Shown here piece after piece: positions 11,463 through 23,630 of a DNA stretch of 64,000 bases. The notes under the pieces were generated by a model. It worked only from the letters and a program-made list of their open reading frames with translations. It made no database searches and was not told the origin of the DNA. The DNA is taken from assembly GCF_025526975.1 (NCBI RefSeq), contig NW_026515670.1, positions 992,001-1,056,000 on the forward strand, written 5' to 3'. This DNA comes from Fimicolochytrium jonesii. Lineage: Eukaryota. Both the position numbers and the translations under genes were made by a program. How positions within the stretch are numbered: position 1 is the first letter of the stretch; every line of letters starts with the position of its first letter.

Positions 11463-14400
11463 CGTGGGAAATGGATGGGTGCTGTGCCGAACGTGGTGCA
11501 AAAGCGGCCCCTCTCGGTGAGCGACGGCGGTAGAAGGAAGTTTGAAGGACTTGGGTCGCTCGCTAACGCGCTGTTACCGACGCGAGGGGCTTGGTTCTAT
11601 TCGCTGCTTTCGTTGGCGATATCCGGAAAAAGACGTCCGAGGGAGACCGCAGACGACGAACAGCGCCTTCGTCAACCAAGCGACTGGTTGAGCCACGGTA
11701 AGATTCAGGTTGAAGAAGGACGAGGAGCGAAACGGAAGCCGGCCGAAGGCGTCGGATGTCTGCGGTATTGCTTTTTATGAAAAACGCGATCGGGCAAAGA
11801 AACCGGGCTGCGCAAGTGAAATGCGGTAGAGGTTCCTGACGGACCCGTGGGAACCGTTGATGAGAGCGCAGGTAACGCCTGTTTGAACCCTGATGGGGAT
11901 GTGTGCGATGAGCGATTTGCGAGTGATAAAAGGAGATGATATTTCGAGGGAGGAGGAGGTAAATGAGGGCGGTCGGTATGAGCTGGGCGGATGGGCGAGG
12001 CAAGAAAAGGGGGGGTGCAAGATGGACGTAAGTCAAAACGATCGCCGGTATTGTTGGGATGTGCAAGCAATAATATGCAGGACGGGAATGGTTGAAGTCG
12101 CGTGTGGGGACAGCGCACAGACGGACGCGTTTTGTGTCCGAAATTGCTTCCTTTCCAGGTTTCCAGGCTCGGTCCAAAGGCCCGCCCCTCCTCAGGATCA
12201 CCACAAACTTCGAAACGTTTGTAACACACACCAGTCGGTGGTGGTACTGGTGTAAACGGTGCAGTGTCATTGCTCGGTCATCCTCGCATGAGCTGCAATG
12301 CCTTTCGAGAATCCGTGTAGAATGATGAATCCCAGGGGTCTGGGCAAATCTGCGGCACCCAAGCCCATCTCCATCTGCTTTTGCATTGCTCATCCGTTCC
12401 ATCTCCCAAATGCATGCCGCTTGGCGATCGAAGTGCCAATCCTCCCTCACACTCACCTTTGATTTCGAAACTCACGGCTCACGATCAACAGTTGCCGATG
12501 AAGATCAGGTACCCGTTCCGTCGAAAATTTTGTGAGGGCTTTGCGCGAATGCGCCTGGCTTAAGCACCGTGAATATGCGGCGAAGTAGACTGGGGGACAG
12601 GCTAAGCCCGGCTTTTATATTCCACGTTGCAAGAACAGCTTCCGTTCAAAATGCCCACGCCAGTCGCTCCGAATGCGGTGTATGTAGATACCACGGTTGC
12701 AGACGGGTTGCGCGCGCGCGTAAATGTGGGTGGTGTCTGTCTGCGGGAGAAGATGGAGGCTGGACTCGGCCCGCAACCGACGGTTTCGATTTCGACCCAC
12801 GGCAATACACCCCCATCCAAGTCCCAGGGGGTCCAGACTCGCAATTTCTGGTGCTATCGCTCACAGATCCATAGAAAAAAAGAAGCTTTGAGAGTGATTT
12901 AAGAGGGGGCTGGGTCGCAAACAGGCGGGCAGGAAGAAAAAGGGGGGATGGAGTCGGATTTTTGGCCCGGCGTGGGAGAATTGCTCGGAGGTGTACGGTG
13001 GGTATGACCCGGGATGACGGGATCCCTCCTCTTATATACAGCCATGGAATGGACGCAGAACACAAGAGAAACTCTTCAAGGAACGCCCCGTACATCACAC
13101 TGTGTACGATTAACTTAGATCCTGCGGCTGGAGCTGGATCGACGTTCGGTGAAGCGATGCGCTCATTGTTGCTGACGCGAGCGAAGGGACAGGATGATGA
13201 TGCTTCTCGCCCGCAAACCTCTGTCCCCAACCTATCGATCCAATCGTCATACCTGTTGGGACCGAGAGGGAGCTCCACCGTGTGCGTTAACAATCCGGCT
13301 TCTTCGCCAGAACTGTCGAAACCTTAATCGGTCGTCAAACCTTCCGAAAACGCGTCTCCCAGTCTCCCAATTGCTGGGCGGCGCTTTCGGCTTAGACTTG
13401 GAAGATCCTCGAGATCGACGAGCCAAGAATCATCGCAGTTATGAACTCTCACAGCGTTTCGCATTCAAGCTGCTCGATGCTTGGGCGATGTGTCATGGCG
13501 ATCAATCGCCTTGGCTGTCCAACGCTGAGCTCGCATCGATATGTATCATTTGCTCAACCTCCGGTTCCGCCGTGGGATACATTGGTGAGAAGGATGGTTT
13601 TTCAAAGAAATTGCGGAAAATCACCTTGGATGCATGCATGTTTCGGCTTGCAAATCTTGTCGCACGCCGTCTTGTCACGCGTGAAAATCACGGATCCTCA
13701 CTCAAAGATAGATGTGCGGACCCTTTTGGCACATCACTATTGGGACTTGAGAATCATTGCAGGGGGTTGTTCATTTTTTGTCAAATTGGTTGAAACCATG
13801 GACATTTGCGTACATACATCGCACGCGCAGTCATATCGGCAAACTTAGAGGATCCTCTTGCTTTGAGCGATGGTTGAACTGATCTCCGCGCAACGGGCAC
13901 TGTTTGGTGTCCGCATAGTGCCTGCCTGCGCGGTATCATCCACGGATTGGATGTGTATGGACTTCCGAACATTGTGAGTTTCAAAAACCCGCGCACGTAT
14001 TGTGAAACTCGGGATGTTGCCGAGACCTTTATACAATGCGGCTGATGGACGATGGAAAGACACCCATCGTCGGGCCTTCGCAGTAAGAGGCTGAGATCGG
14101 GCTTATCGGGCAGAGTCTTGTGCTTGCCACGTTTCCATTCACTTTGCCGTCCGCGATCACAGGTTCAGAATGGTTCGTTTTAGATCTTGAGAGTAAACTC
14201 ATCGACGCGGTCTCCGTGAGTCCGTGCTGCGCTCCATTCAATTCACGATGTCCCGCTGCGTCGCTGCCGAAGCTAGTCTGGGCCAAAGTGACAGAATTGT
14301 TCGGAGCTCCTTTCGAATTCTGGTTCTTAGATGGACGGAGTTTGGCGGACCCAAGGGTGTCTGTGTAGGAAGTGCGACATGCGAAGGCCTGGGCGGCGAC

Positions 14401-14676
14401 AGAAGAAGTGGAATCCGTAGACTCCGTACGAGGTCGAGACCAGATCTGAGCTGGAATGCGGGAATGGCCATCTCATCACACGGAGGTTGAGACACTTCGG
14501 GAGAGGCCTGCGGACGAGGCCGACGCGTTCTTGCATTGAATATAGATGTCACGTGCGGAATGTGTGGTTTAATTGTCGTCTTTGATGCAGCCTTTCATGC
14601 TTTCGATGAACGGGCGACCCTCCATATGGTTTGCATATTCCCACTCAAGGAAGCAACGGTGCCATCCTCATCGACA

Positions 14677-17600
14677 ATGTCCTCCTCCTACAGTCTCTAC
14701 AAAGAGCTCCTGCCGCCAAGCGGTATCGAGCACTCGGTCGACGCCCGGTTCGTCTCGCCGCACGTCACTAATCTCATCATAGCGCGGGGAAATGTGCTGC
14801 AGATTTACGACGTCGTTGAGGAGGATCTGATAGGTGGGGTCGATGGACCAGACGAGAGCCAGCACGAAAAGGTAGGGAAAGGGCTTTGGGGTGATGTGGG
14901 CGCTGGTCTGGACGTGTGGGATGGACGAAAGTTTGCTGGGAAAACGCGGGGGGATCTATCACGACGGAACAGCTTTCCTGGGACGGCGTAGATTTCGGAA
15001 GAGGGACCGCCGTCATTGGCAGGGCGGGAGTTGAGGAATCTGTTGGGGCCGGCCGGTCTGGTTGAATGTAGAATATGACATTTTTCAATATACAATGTTA
15101 TTACAACAAACTGGTCCTAATTGGTTGAATCTTCCATGGACACGCACACGCATCGAATCGCTCGAGCCAACGTTTCTCATCGTTGGCTTCTTCTCTTCCG
15201 CCCCCTTCGCACCTTATGCTTAGGGTCATCTAAAATCGGAATCGGCACATACGTGGAACTCCCCAAGACCGCGCAAGGTAGCCAAGCTCAATCTGCACGC
15301 GGAGTTCAGACTTCAAGGAAATGTAACCTCGATAGGGGTGGTCCGCACAACAACTCCGGTCGGTTTACTAGGAATGGACAGTTTACTCTTGAGTTTCAAA
15401 GATGCAAAGGTTTGTACATAACATCTCGCCACGGGAGAGAACTCGACTTCATATCACAGCGTTCTAACCCTATGAGGCAGATGTCGTTGATAGAGTTCTC
15501 AACAGCAACTCAGAACATTGTCACTGTGTCAATACATTACTATGAGCGTGAGGAATTCAAGGTACGGAACTGAGATCAGCACCTCGATTGCTATGGGCCA
15601 GAGGGCGACTAACATCGTGCTCACGGCCTCAACTAGAAAGAAACTCAGGTCGAGAAGTTTTGTCCGGAAATCCGAGTAGATCCGCAAAATCGATGTGCGA
15701 TACTACAATTTTACAGCGATCGACTAGCCATTCTGCCTCTCAAGCAGGATACGACGGTTCAGGTGATGGAAACGGACGACGCAATGAGGTAGATCAGCCT
15801 TGATTTCCAATCTTATGCCAGACACGGCGTTGACCAGAATGTTTTGTGCTTTAGCAAACATCCGTTTCAGCCAAGTTTCGTCGTGCCGTTCTCCGCCATC
15901 GAGCCAAAGATGAGAAACGTTGTTGATATGGTGTTTTTATATGGCTACCTGGAACCCACATTGGCGATCTTGTACGAGCCCGTTCAGACTTGGGGAGGGT
16001 ATGTCGATGTTCTCTCGTGTTTTGCTCGCAATATCCATGCGCTGATACAGCCATATGTATGCTTGCAGACGTTTAGCCGCCCGAAGAGATACTAAACGTC
16101 TCATAGTCATTTCCCTCGACCTCGATCAGAAAAGCTACCCCGTACTCTTCAGAGTAAATCACCTTCCCTACAATTGCTTCAAGCTGATAGCCGCACCATC
16201 CCCAGTGGGTGGTGTTCTCACATTCTGTCCCAATGCCATCATTCACGTCGACCAGACCTCTGTACCCGGAATCGCTTGCGCCGTCAATAGTTACTATGGG
16301 CGCGAGGCTACCTTTCCTCCACCGCCAAGTTTGGAGTCCGTCGGACAGGACTTTGAGACGAAGAACCCCCTGTATGACCCTGCGAACGTTGCGGATTACA
16401 AACATCTCGGTCTGTCATTGGAGGCGTCAGAACCTTTCTTTCTCAACCCGGACACTCTTCTCGTTGTCCTCCGCACTGGGGAGATGATTATGCTGGATCT
16501 GAAGGGAGGGGAAGGCGTGGGCAGGGGGTGGAAGCGGCGGAAAGGCGGGGTGAAAAAGTTCACTCTTACCAGGCTTGGGTTGGAGGCCATCATGCCATCC
16601 TGCGGAACACGGTTCGGACCGATTGGAGCCAGTGCAGGCAGGTTGGCCATGACCGCGAGTGCCGTAGGACGCGTTGGTGGCCAATATCAGACAAAGGACG
16701 GCGAGGCGACGTACGGCTACTTCTTCATAGGCTCTAGAGTCTCCAACGCGATGCTGGTCCAGTTCAACGAGATCCATAGCGAAATCATTGTCGAAGCAAC
16801 GCCAAAAGCAGAAACCGAGTCAAACGGTTCGATTCAAGATGTCGATATCGATGATGACGATATCTACGGATCGTCCATCCGCACTGTCTCGGCTTCCATA
16901 ACCCCTTCAGTCTCAACGACCACAAAGGTGGACGACGTCAAATTCACATTCCGGATATGCGACTCGTTGGTGTGCAAAGGGCCGATTCGCGATGCCGCTG
17001 TCGGCGAACCCATCGTCTACTCGACGCACCCGTTCTCGACCAGCCCGGAACATCCGACTGCCAACCTTGAGATCGTGACATGCACGGGGGAGGCACGCTC
17101 TGGTGCGCTGGGCGTGTTGCAATGCAGCGTCCGGCCGCAGATCATATCAAGCTTTGATTTGGGCGTTACGGATATGTGGACCTTGCGATGTGCGGATTCG
17201 AAGGATGAAGCCAGAAAGCGACAAGGGTCTGCAGCGATGGAAGTCGATAGGAACCCTGACTCCCCAGAAGCAAAGACAGACCTTGGCGAGGAAGATACCT
17301 CCCGGCACAAGTACATGTTCTTATCGGACGACACTCGCACGATCGTCCTGCAGACGGGCGAAGAGTTTTCCGAGGTCGAAACCGGAGAGTTTTATAGAGA
17401 TGGCCCAACGCTCACCGTCGGCACCGTACTGGCTGGTCGCGCGATCATCCAAGTTTACCCACGCGGCGTTTTCGTGCTGGACACGGATGGCCAAAAGATC
17501 GAAGACATGCCTTTCGGGCACGAGGACCGATGGATTGTGAGCTGCAGCATATTGGATCCATATGTCATGCTATTGACGAACTTTGGCGAGGTGGTTCTGT

Positions 17601-20600
17601 TCACGTTGGATGAGGAGACGCGAACGCTGCGGCTGCACAAGGAGCTGGCTGACTCGCCGGTTGTTTCCTGCTGCATGTACCGCGATAACAGCGGGCGCAA
17701 CGCGTTCCCTTCCATCCATGAATTTCTCAAAGAAACGCCGGTAGCATCCTCACTTTCGACCACGTCTCGAACTCCGGCATCCACATCATCGTCACCACAA
17801 TGCCATCAGGATCAACCGCCAGAAGATGTCGTTTCCTCGGCCCCTACTCTGCTCGCGCCTCCGGAATCCCGTAAACGAAAGAGACCGGAAGAGCTAGTTA
17901 CGGCACCTAGCGCGAAGAGCCTGGACGCTGAATTGTACGGATCGGTTGCGGAGGACATGGATGACATATATGGGGTGGAGGTTGATTACTCCTCATCCAC
18001 GGACGAGGACCTGCGTGACGCGGATGGGATGGATTTGGATGGAGATGCCAGCTTCAATGAGGCGGATGCGCATGGGAGTCTGGATGCGAACGGAGATGCC
18101 ATTCCACACCTTGACGGCAAAAGGGACCGGGGAGATAAGAATGAGAGTCCCGAAGATATGCCTAAGCCGGGAGAGCGAACGTGGGGAGTCGTGTCTCGGC
18201 AAGACGGGTCATTGGAGATATTCCTCCTACCGGATTTTGAGCAGTGTTTCTATGTGCCTCGCTTCGATCTGCTACCGTCCGTGGTGTGCGACCACTCGCA
18301 GGCCCCAGATGCACGTGGTACACATCAAGCAGCCCTGAAGTTTGAGGAAATCGCGCTGCTGAATTTGGGACGCAACGAGAAATGTGCATTCCCGTATTTG
18401 ATGGTGAGTGGACTCTCTGGCGTAGACGATGGGAACGTCTGGTGTTGACACGTATGCTCTTTTCTAGGGTCGAACAGTAGAGGCTGATCTGGTGATTTAC
18501 AGATCTTACGTGCATCTCTCTACAGAGGACGAGAGTGCAGCACCTGTAACCCCCGGATCTGCACTGGTCCCGAAAATGCCGGGAACAAGTATTGCTAAGG
18601 TTCCTCGTCGCCTGGCTGTTCGATTCGTCCGCGTCTCACATGATCACATCGCACGGTCATCGACATCTCGGACGGCTGGGCAGGACATCGGAGTTCCCCC
18701 CGTAAATGCCGTATCCAGCAGCGTAATTGCAACAGACCCGCGACACTCACAAACAACGACGGCGACATCACCCGTCCAACCGAACAACTCCGCGTCGACA
18801 CAACGTCGCACGCGTAAACAGCATCTGAAACCTTTTGAGCGCATCGGGCACGCGGGCGGGCTCGTGTATTCAGGCGTCTTTATTTCCGGCGAACGGCCCT
18901 GCTGGGTGATGCTAGCCAATTCAGGCGGGAATGGTCCACAGTTTAGGTTACTGAACCTCGAAGGAGATGACTACGCTGTCCATCCGGATCCGGTGTCTCT
19001 GTTGGAGCCAGTGTTACCGGTTTCGGGAACCAATGCGATTCGAGTGCATCCACAGCTCGTGGATGGGCCCGTAGCGGCATTTGCGCCGTTGAATAATGTG
19101 AATGTGCCGAATGGGTTTGCTTACGTCAACGGGGAGGTGAGTTTTCAAGGCTCGAGGCTCCGCTACCATACGCTTCATCAAGATCGATGATGAAGGAAAT
19201 TGCACTCATCGTTTGGACTTTCAGGGATTACTCCGGATATGTCAGCTACCAGCACACTTCAACTACGATACCGAATGGCCATATTGCAAAGCGCCTTTCG
19301 GCAAAACCGTTCACAAAATCACATATCATCACACAACGCAAACATATGCCATTGCCACGTCAACCCCGACACCATTCTACCTTTCACAAGCGCAACATGC
19401 TGCGGCGGTTGCGGCAGGAATCATCGAGCAAGGCGACGAACTCCCAGATCAAGATCAGGCCAGAAAGAATTTTGGAGTGAAGGACGAGGACAGAGAAAAG
19501 GGGATGTACCTCCCGGAGGTTGGGTCATACGATGTGGAGCTGGTGTCGCCCGTGACTTGGGAATCTTGCGATGCCATTGCCTTTGAGCAACACGAGCACG
19601 TCCTCGCACTGCACGCTCTGGAACTGGAGAGCAAGCAGACAGCCAGCGGCCGTAAACTGTTCCTTGCGATAGGGACTGGGGTCGTCCGCGGCGAGGACTT
19701 ATCCGCCCGGGGACGAATTCTCATATACGACATCATCGACGTTGTGCCCGATATGGCCAACCCGCACGCCAACCACCGGTTGAAGAAGCTCTTCATAAAT
19801 GAGGAGAAGAGTCCCGTCACGGCCATTTGCAATGTGGGAGGCTACCTCCTCGCCGCCATCGGCACCAAAGTCATCATCCACACCTTCGAGGACAACGAGT
19901 CTCTCACGGGCGTGGCGTTCATCGACGTGAACATGTACGTCAACAGCGTGAGCTCCATCAAGAATCTCATTCTTGTCGGCGACATCCTCAAAAGTATCTG
20001 GTTTTTGGGATTCCAAGAAGAGCCGCCGAAACTCGCATTGTTGGGCAAGGACTACCACATGCTCGATGTGTACGGTACCGAGTTCCTCGTGGACGATACA
20101 TCTCTCTCGTTCGTCGTGGGTGATGGTGACGGGAACGTGCACGTTATGACCTATGCACCTTATCACATCCAGTCTTCCAGCGGACAGAAACTGATCCGGC
20201 GTGGGGACTTCCACACTGGGCAGCACGTCAGCAAGATTATCAGGCTGGTACGATTATCCGGTTCTGCGAAGGCAACGCCAGCAGCCGGTAAATCCGCGTC
20301 GCGACCGACAAAGGCTGCAGCGAAACAGCAGGCATGCTTGAGTGCCACTTTAGAAGGCGGGCTCTCGGTACTCATCCCGGTGTCGGAGAAATTGTACAAA
20401 CGCCTATATGGATTGTACTCCAAGATGGTCAACAACCTCCAACATCCAGCGGGACTCAACCCGCGCGGGTTCCGCCAGGTCCCATTGAAGGCACGGCCAG
20501 CGACTGCTGCGACGGCGACGCCAATGACCGGCCCACCCGGCCCGCGGCTCGTGCTGGATGGAGACCTACTGTATCAATTCACATCACTGTCGTTGGCGCA

Positions 20601-20691
20601 GCAACGCGAACTCGCTAAAGGAATCGGAAGTGCCGCAGAGAAGATCATGGACGATCTCCTGGAGGTCAACAGCGGCGTGGAATACTTTTAG
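14677..20691 (+). CDS. CPSF1: Cleavage and polyadenylation specificity factor subunit 1 (CPSF160/Cft1)
   Basis: LYKELLPPSGIEH...NLIIARGNVLQIY, DSLLLSFKDAK|MSLIEF, IRVDPQNRCA, FLYGYLEPTLAILYEP, and a C-terminal CPSF_A propeller (AIGTGVVRGED...GRILIYDI, GDILKSIWFL, AGLNPRGFR, LDGDLL). Multiple GT-AG introns. Confidence 0.95.
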
Positions 20692-21386
20692 GCGTACATT
20701 GTTCCGACGGAAGTGGCGTACATTACACAAGGCATTGCGCCTGTTTTTGGGCTTTTGTTCCGTTAGGGGTTGAACTTAGCATACCTTGAATCATCCCCGT
20801 TGTCTTGCAGTTTTGCAGGAGAACTCGCAAGCTTCGTACATTAGCACCTGGGATCTGATAAAACCACTAATGGTACTATCTTGAACAATTGAAACCGTCC
20901 CATTGGTACAACATGTTTCAACCTGCGCATGCACACAATTCAATTTTCGTTTTTCGGTCCAATGATAACTTCATAGGAAACAACAGCGAACTAGGATGAA
21001 ATGGAATTGTTCTGGAGAAAAAGTCATCCAACAAGAGACTGTTCTTAAGTAATGCCGCGAAAAAGTCCACGCCCAACGTCTATGGGACTATTCTCCACAT
21101 GCTGAGGTGAAGGGTCGATTTCAAGCTTGTCGAAAACAGAGCCAGGTTGGCGCGCCTCTCTCATGCCCATGTGGAAGAACATTTCTGCGTGTTTGTTGGT
21201 ACAAGTTGCCATCATCGGCGACGCCTCAGGCAGAGGTAATGATGTTTGTTGGTATAGGAACGCCGCATCGTATCGGTGACACGAGCGTATCTTGCGCCCA
21301 TAAATGTATAGCTACCATTATAACATGGTGTCCCCTACAGGCTCCTTTATCGTCTAAAATGTTGAGGAGTCTATCCCTACGGATCT

Positions 21387-23190
21387 TCATCCTGCACCAT
21401 TCTCGCGTTCCTTCCGCATAAAATATTGCACCACAAGCGCACCGGCTATAAAAATCTCGGAAGGAAGCACGTCGTCATCTTCACCCGATGTCGCTAAGGG
21501 ATGTCCATGTGCCAAGGATGCTGCATCTGCCATCCCCTTTTGGGCTTCGATTTCATACACTTTCAGCGACCATCGGTCGAGGAATCTTGAATTGGAGACC
21601 GTGTTGTCGGGTGGCCGATCGTGCGACGGCGTAGCGGTGGGCGACGGCGATGCATGTGGTGGGTCAGCGGCCGGCACTAATTGAGGCAGGGGCGAGGAAA
21701 TGGTTTCTTTGCTCAAATGTCCAACGAAAAGGGATGAAACGACGTGTTGGAAACGAAAGTTCGTCCCATTGGTATCCCCTGAAAGAGAGCGCGAAAAGCA
21801 TAGGGCGATTTCAGACATCCTCAAGTTGCCTTTGGAAGCAGCCATGCTCGGAACCCACCTAGCATTGCTACTGGACTTCCCTTCCATCGAAGCTGCAGCC
21901 GGGGTGACCTAGTGTCCCGATCCACCATCGCCCGTAGCACCCAACCTGCACCCCCGCAAGATAGATTTTTGCCCCTAATGTATAGGTCGTAGTTAAACCC
22001 GACAGGCTGAGTAGTGAGTCCAATATGAGTATCCAATTCAGTGATGACAGAACTGCATAAAAAGAACTCACCCCCCCCGGACGTGGTGTGATTTTCCATA
22101 CAGCCCTGTTCGACTTATCGTAGATGAAGAGACTTGTATTACCGCCCGCCCGCCGCGGTCGCACCGTATACAATAGTCGGCCAGTTGTACTTGATCTAAT
22201 ATCGCCGCCGCCACCAAAAACGTGGGCCGTGAAGGAGATGGCCAGCTTATTTGTGTCTCCATGAACAGTCTGCGGCCGCGTTAAGGCTGGCATTTTCGGG
22301 ATATGCGATTGCACCAATTTCAATCGGTTCGGATCGGACAAGGCCAAATCGGGCCCGCATGTTAAAAAGTCGCTGAGGCTTGATTTTGGTGAGTCGTTCA
22401 TTGTGCGAGGTCGTCCGTACGGATTCGCCGGAGTCATCAATGCCAAGCGGACCCGATGTTGTTCAGGTGCCGCTGGAGCCGTCATAGGAGGCATTGTGTG
22501 TGGCCGCTTTTCTCGGTTCCATCGACAAGGAATGGGCGGCGGATTGTACAGGAAGTTGCTCAAATGCGCATTCTGTTTCTGTGACGACTCAGCTGCCTGC
22601 GGCGGGTCGGGAATTTTGGGTTTGGTGCGGTGAATGATGGATTCTGTGACCCCATAGGGTCCAACGAGAGCATTTTCTACATATTCGTCCCTTTCGATGC
22701 GACGCTTCGGTTCCCTCTTTGGGGCCACAGGTTCGGCTCCAGGGGCAGCTTTCGGCAATCGATATAAATAGATGGGCCCATCGTCGCCTACTGTCCGGCA
22801 CACCCATTTGACAACACGTTTCTTTTTCTGCTCTCGCAGACCACTCCGGTCCGTCCGAGCAGACAACCTTGATCTCTTGCGGAGCAGCTCGTCCAGTGGC
22901 CGGTATACATGGATGCGGCAGGATTGCGCTCGACTTGAGGGTTTCGACCCGTGCGATACCTCGGTTTTTGAAGTTCCTTTGGCGGAGTCGCGCGCTGTCG
23001 AAATTTCTGGGTCTTCCGTCACAGCCGTCAAACCTTTTGTTTGGCGTGCAAGACGGTTGCCGTTGCGACGTTCGTTGCCATACGAATGCCGGACATCACC
23101 CTGTTTTGTTGTGATGGAAGGCTTCCTTTCCTTCCTGGGCTTCGACGGACTGGCGTGGTGAGCCCCACTGCTAGTATGGATATGCGACAT
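21387..23190 (-). CDS. Protein with basic disordered N-terminus and C-terminal LURP-one/tubby-scramblase-like domain
   Basis: Two GT-AG introns (donor at 22071; a second near 21848-21780) join ORF pieces into ...GRLLYTVRPRR...FIYDKSNRAVWKI...|PVGFNYDLYI...PVAML|GDTNGTNFRFQHVVSSLFVGHLSK...IFIAGALVVQYF. This resembles the LOR beta-barrel plus terminal helix. Start uncertain. Confidence 0.55.
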
Positions 23191-23630
23191 TAGTCCTTTG
23201 TTGTGCAGGAGAGAGCCTCGGATACCCCTCACCGTATGACTGCAACACTCATTCTCGTAATTCTTTCCCAATTTGGAGCCTTCCTATAATCCGCTTTGCG
23301 AATATGCGAAGCAGATGGATATCTGTGATCGTACATCACAGTTACGCAGGGACGGGGATAGGAACGCGACCTGTGGGAACTTCAAACTTAACCTTGAGAA
23401 TTACAATGGATTGACATCCCGCCCACTGTCAAAATAGGAGCATGAGCTCCACGATACCTCCCCCAAGTCAAGGACGATGCTCATGTCACAACGCAGTGAT
23501 TCGGGGACTCCTTATTCATTTATATATCCGCGCCCGCTCAGGTCAAGCATGCATCATCAAGGATTGTACGTGAAATAAAGAACCCATCCTTATGAATAGC
23601 ATTCAAAAAACCGAAATCCCTAGAAAGCGT

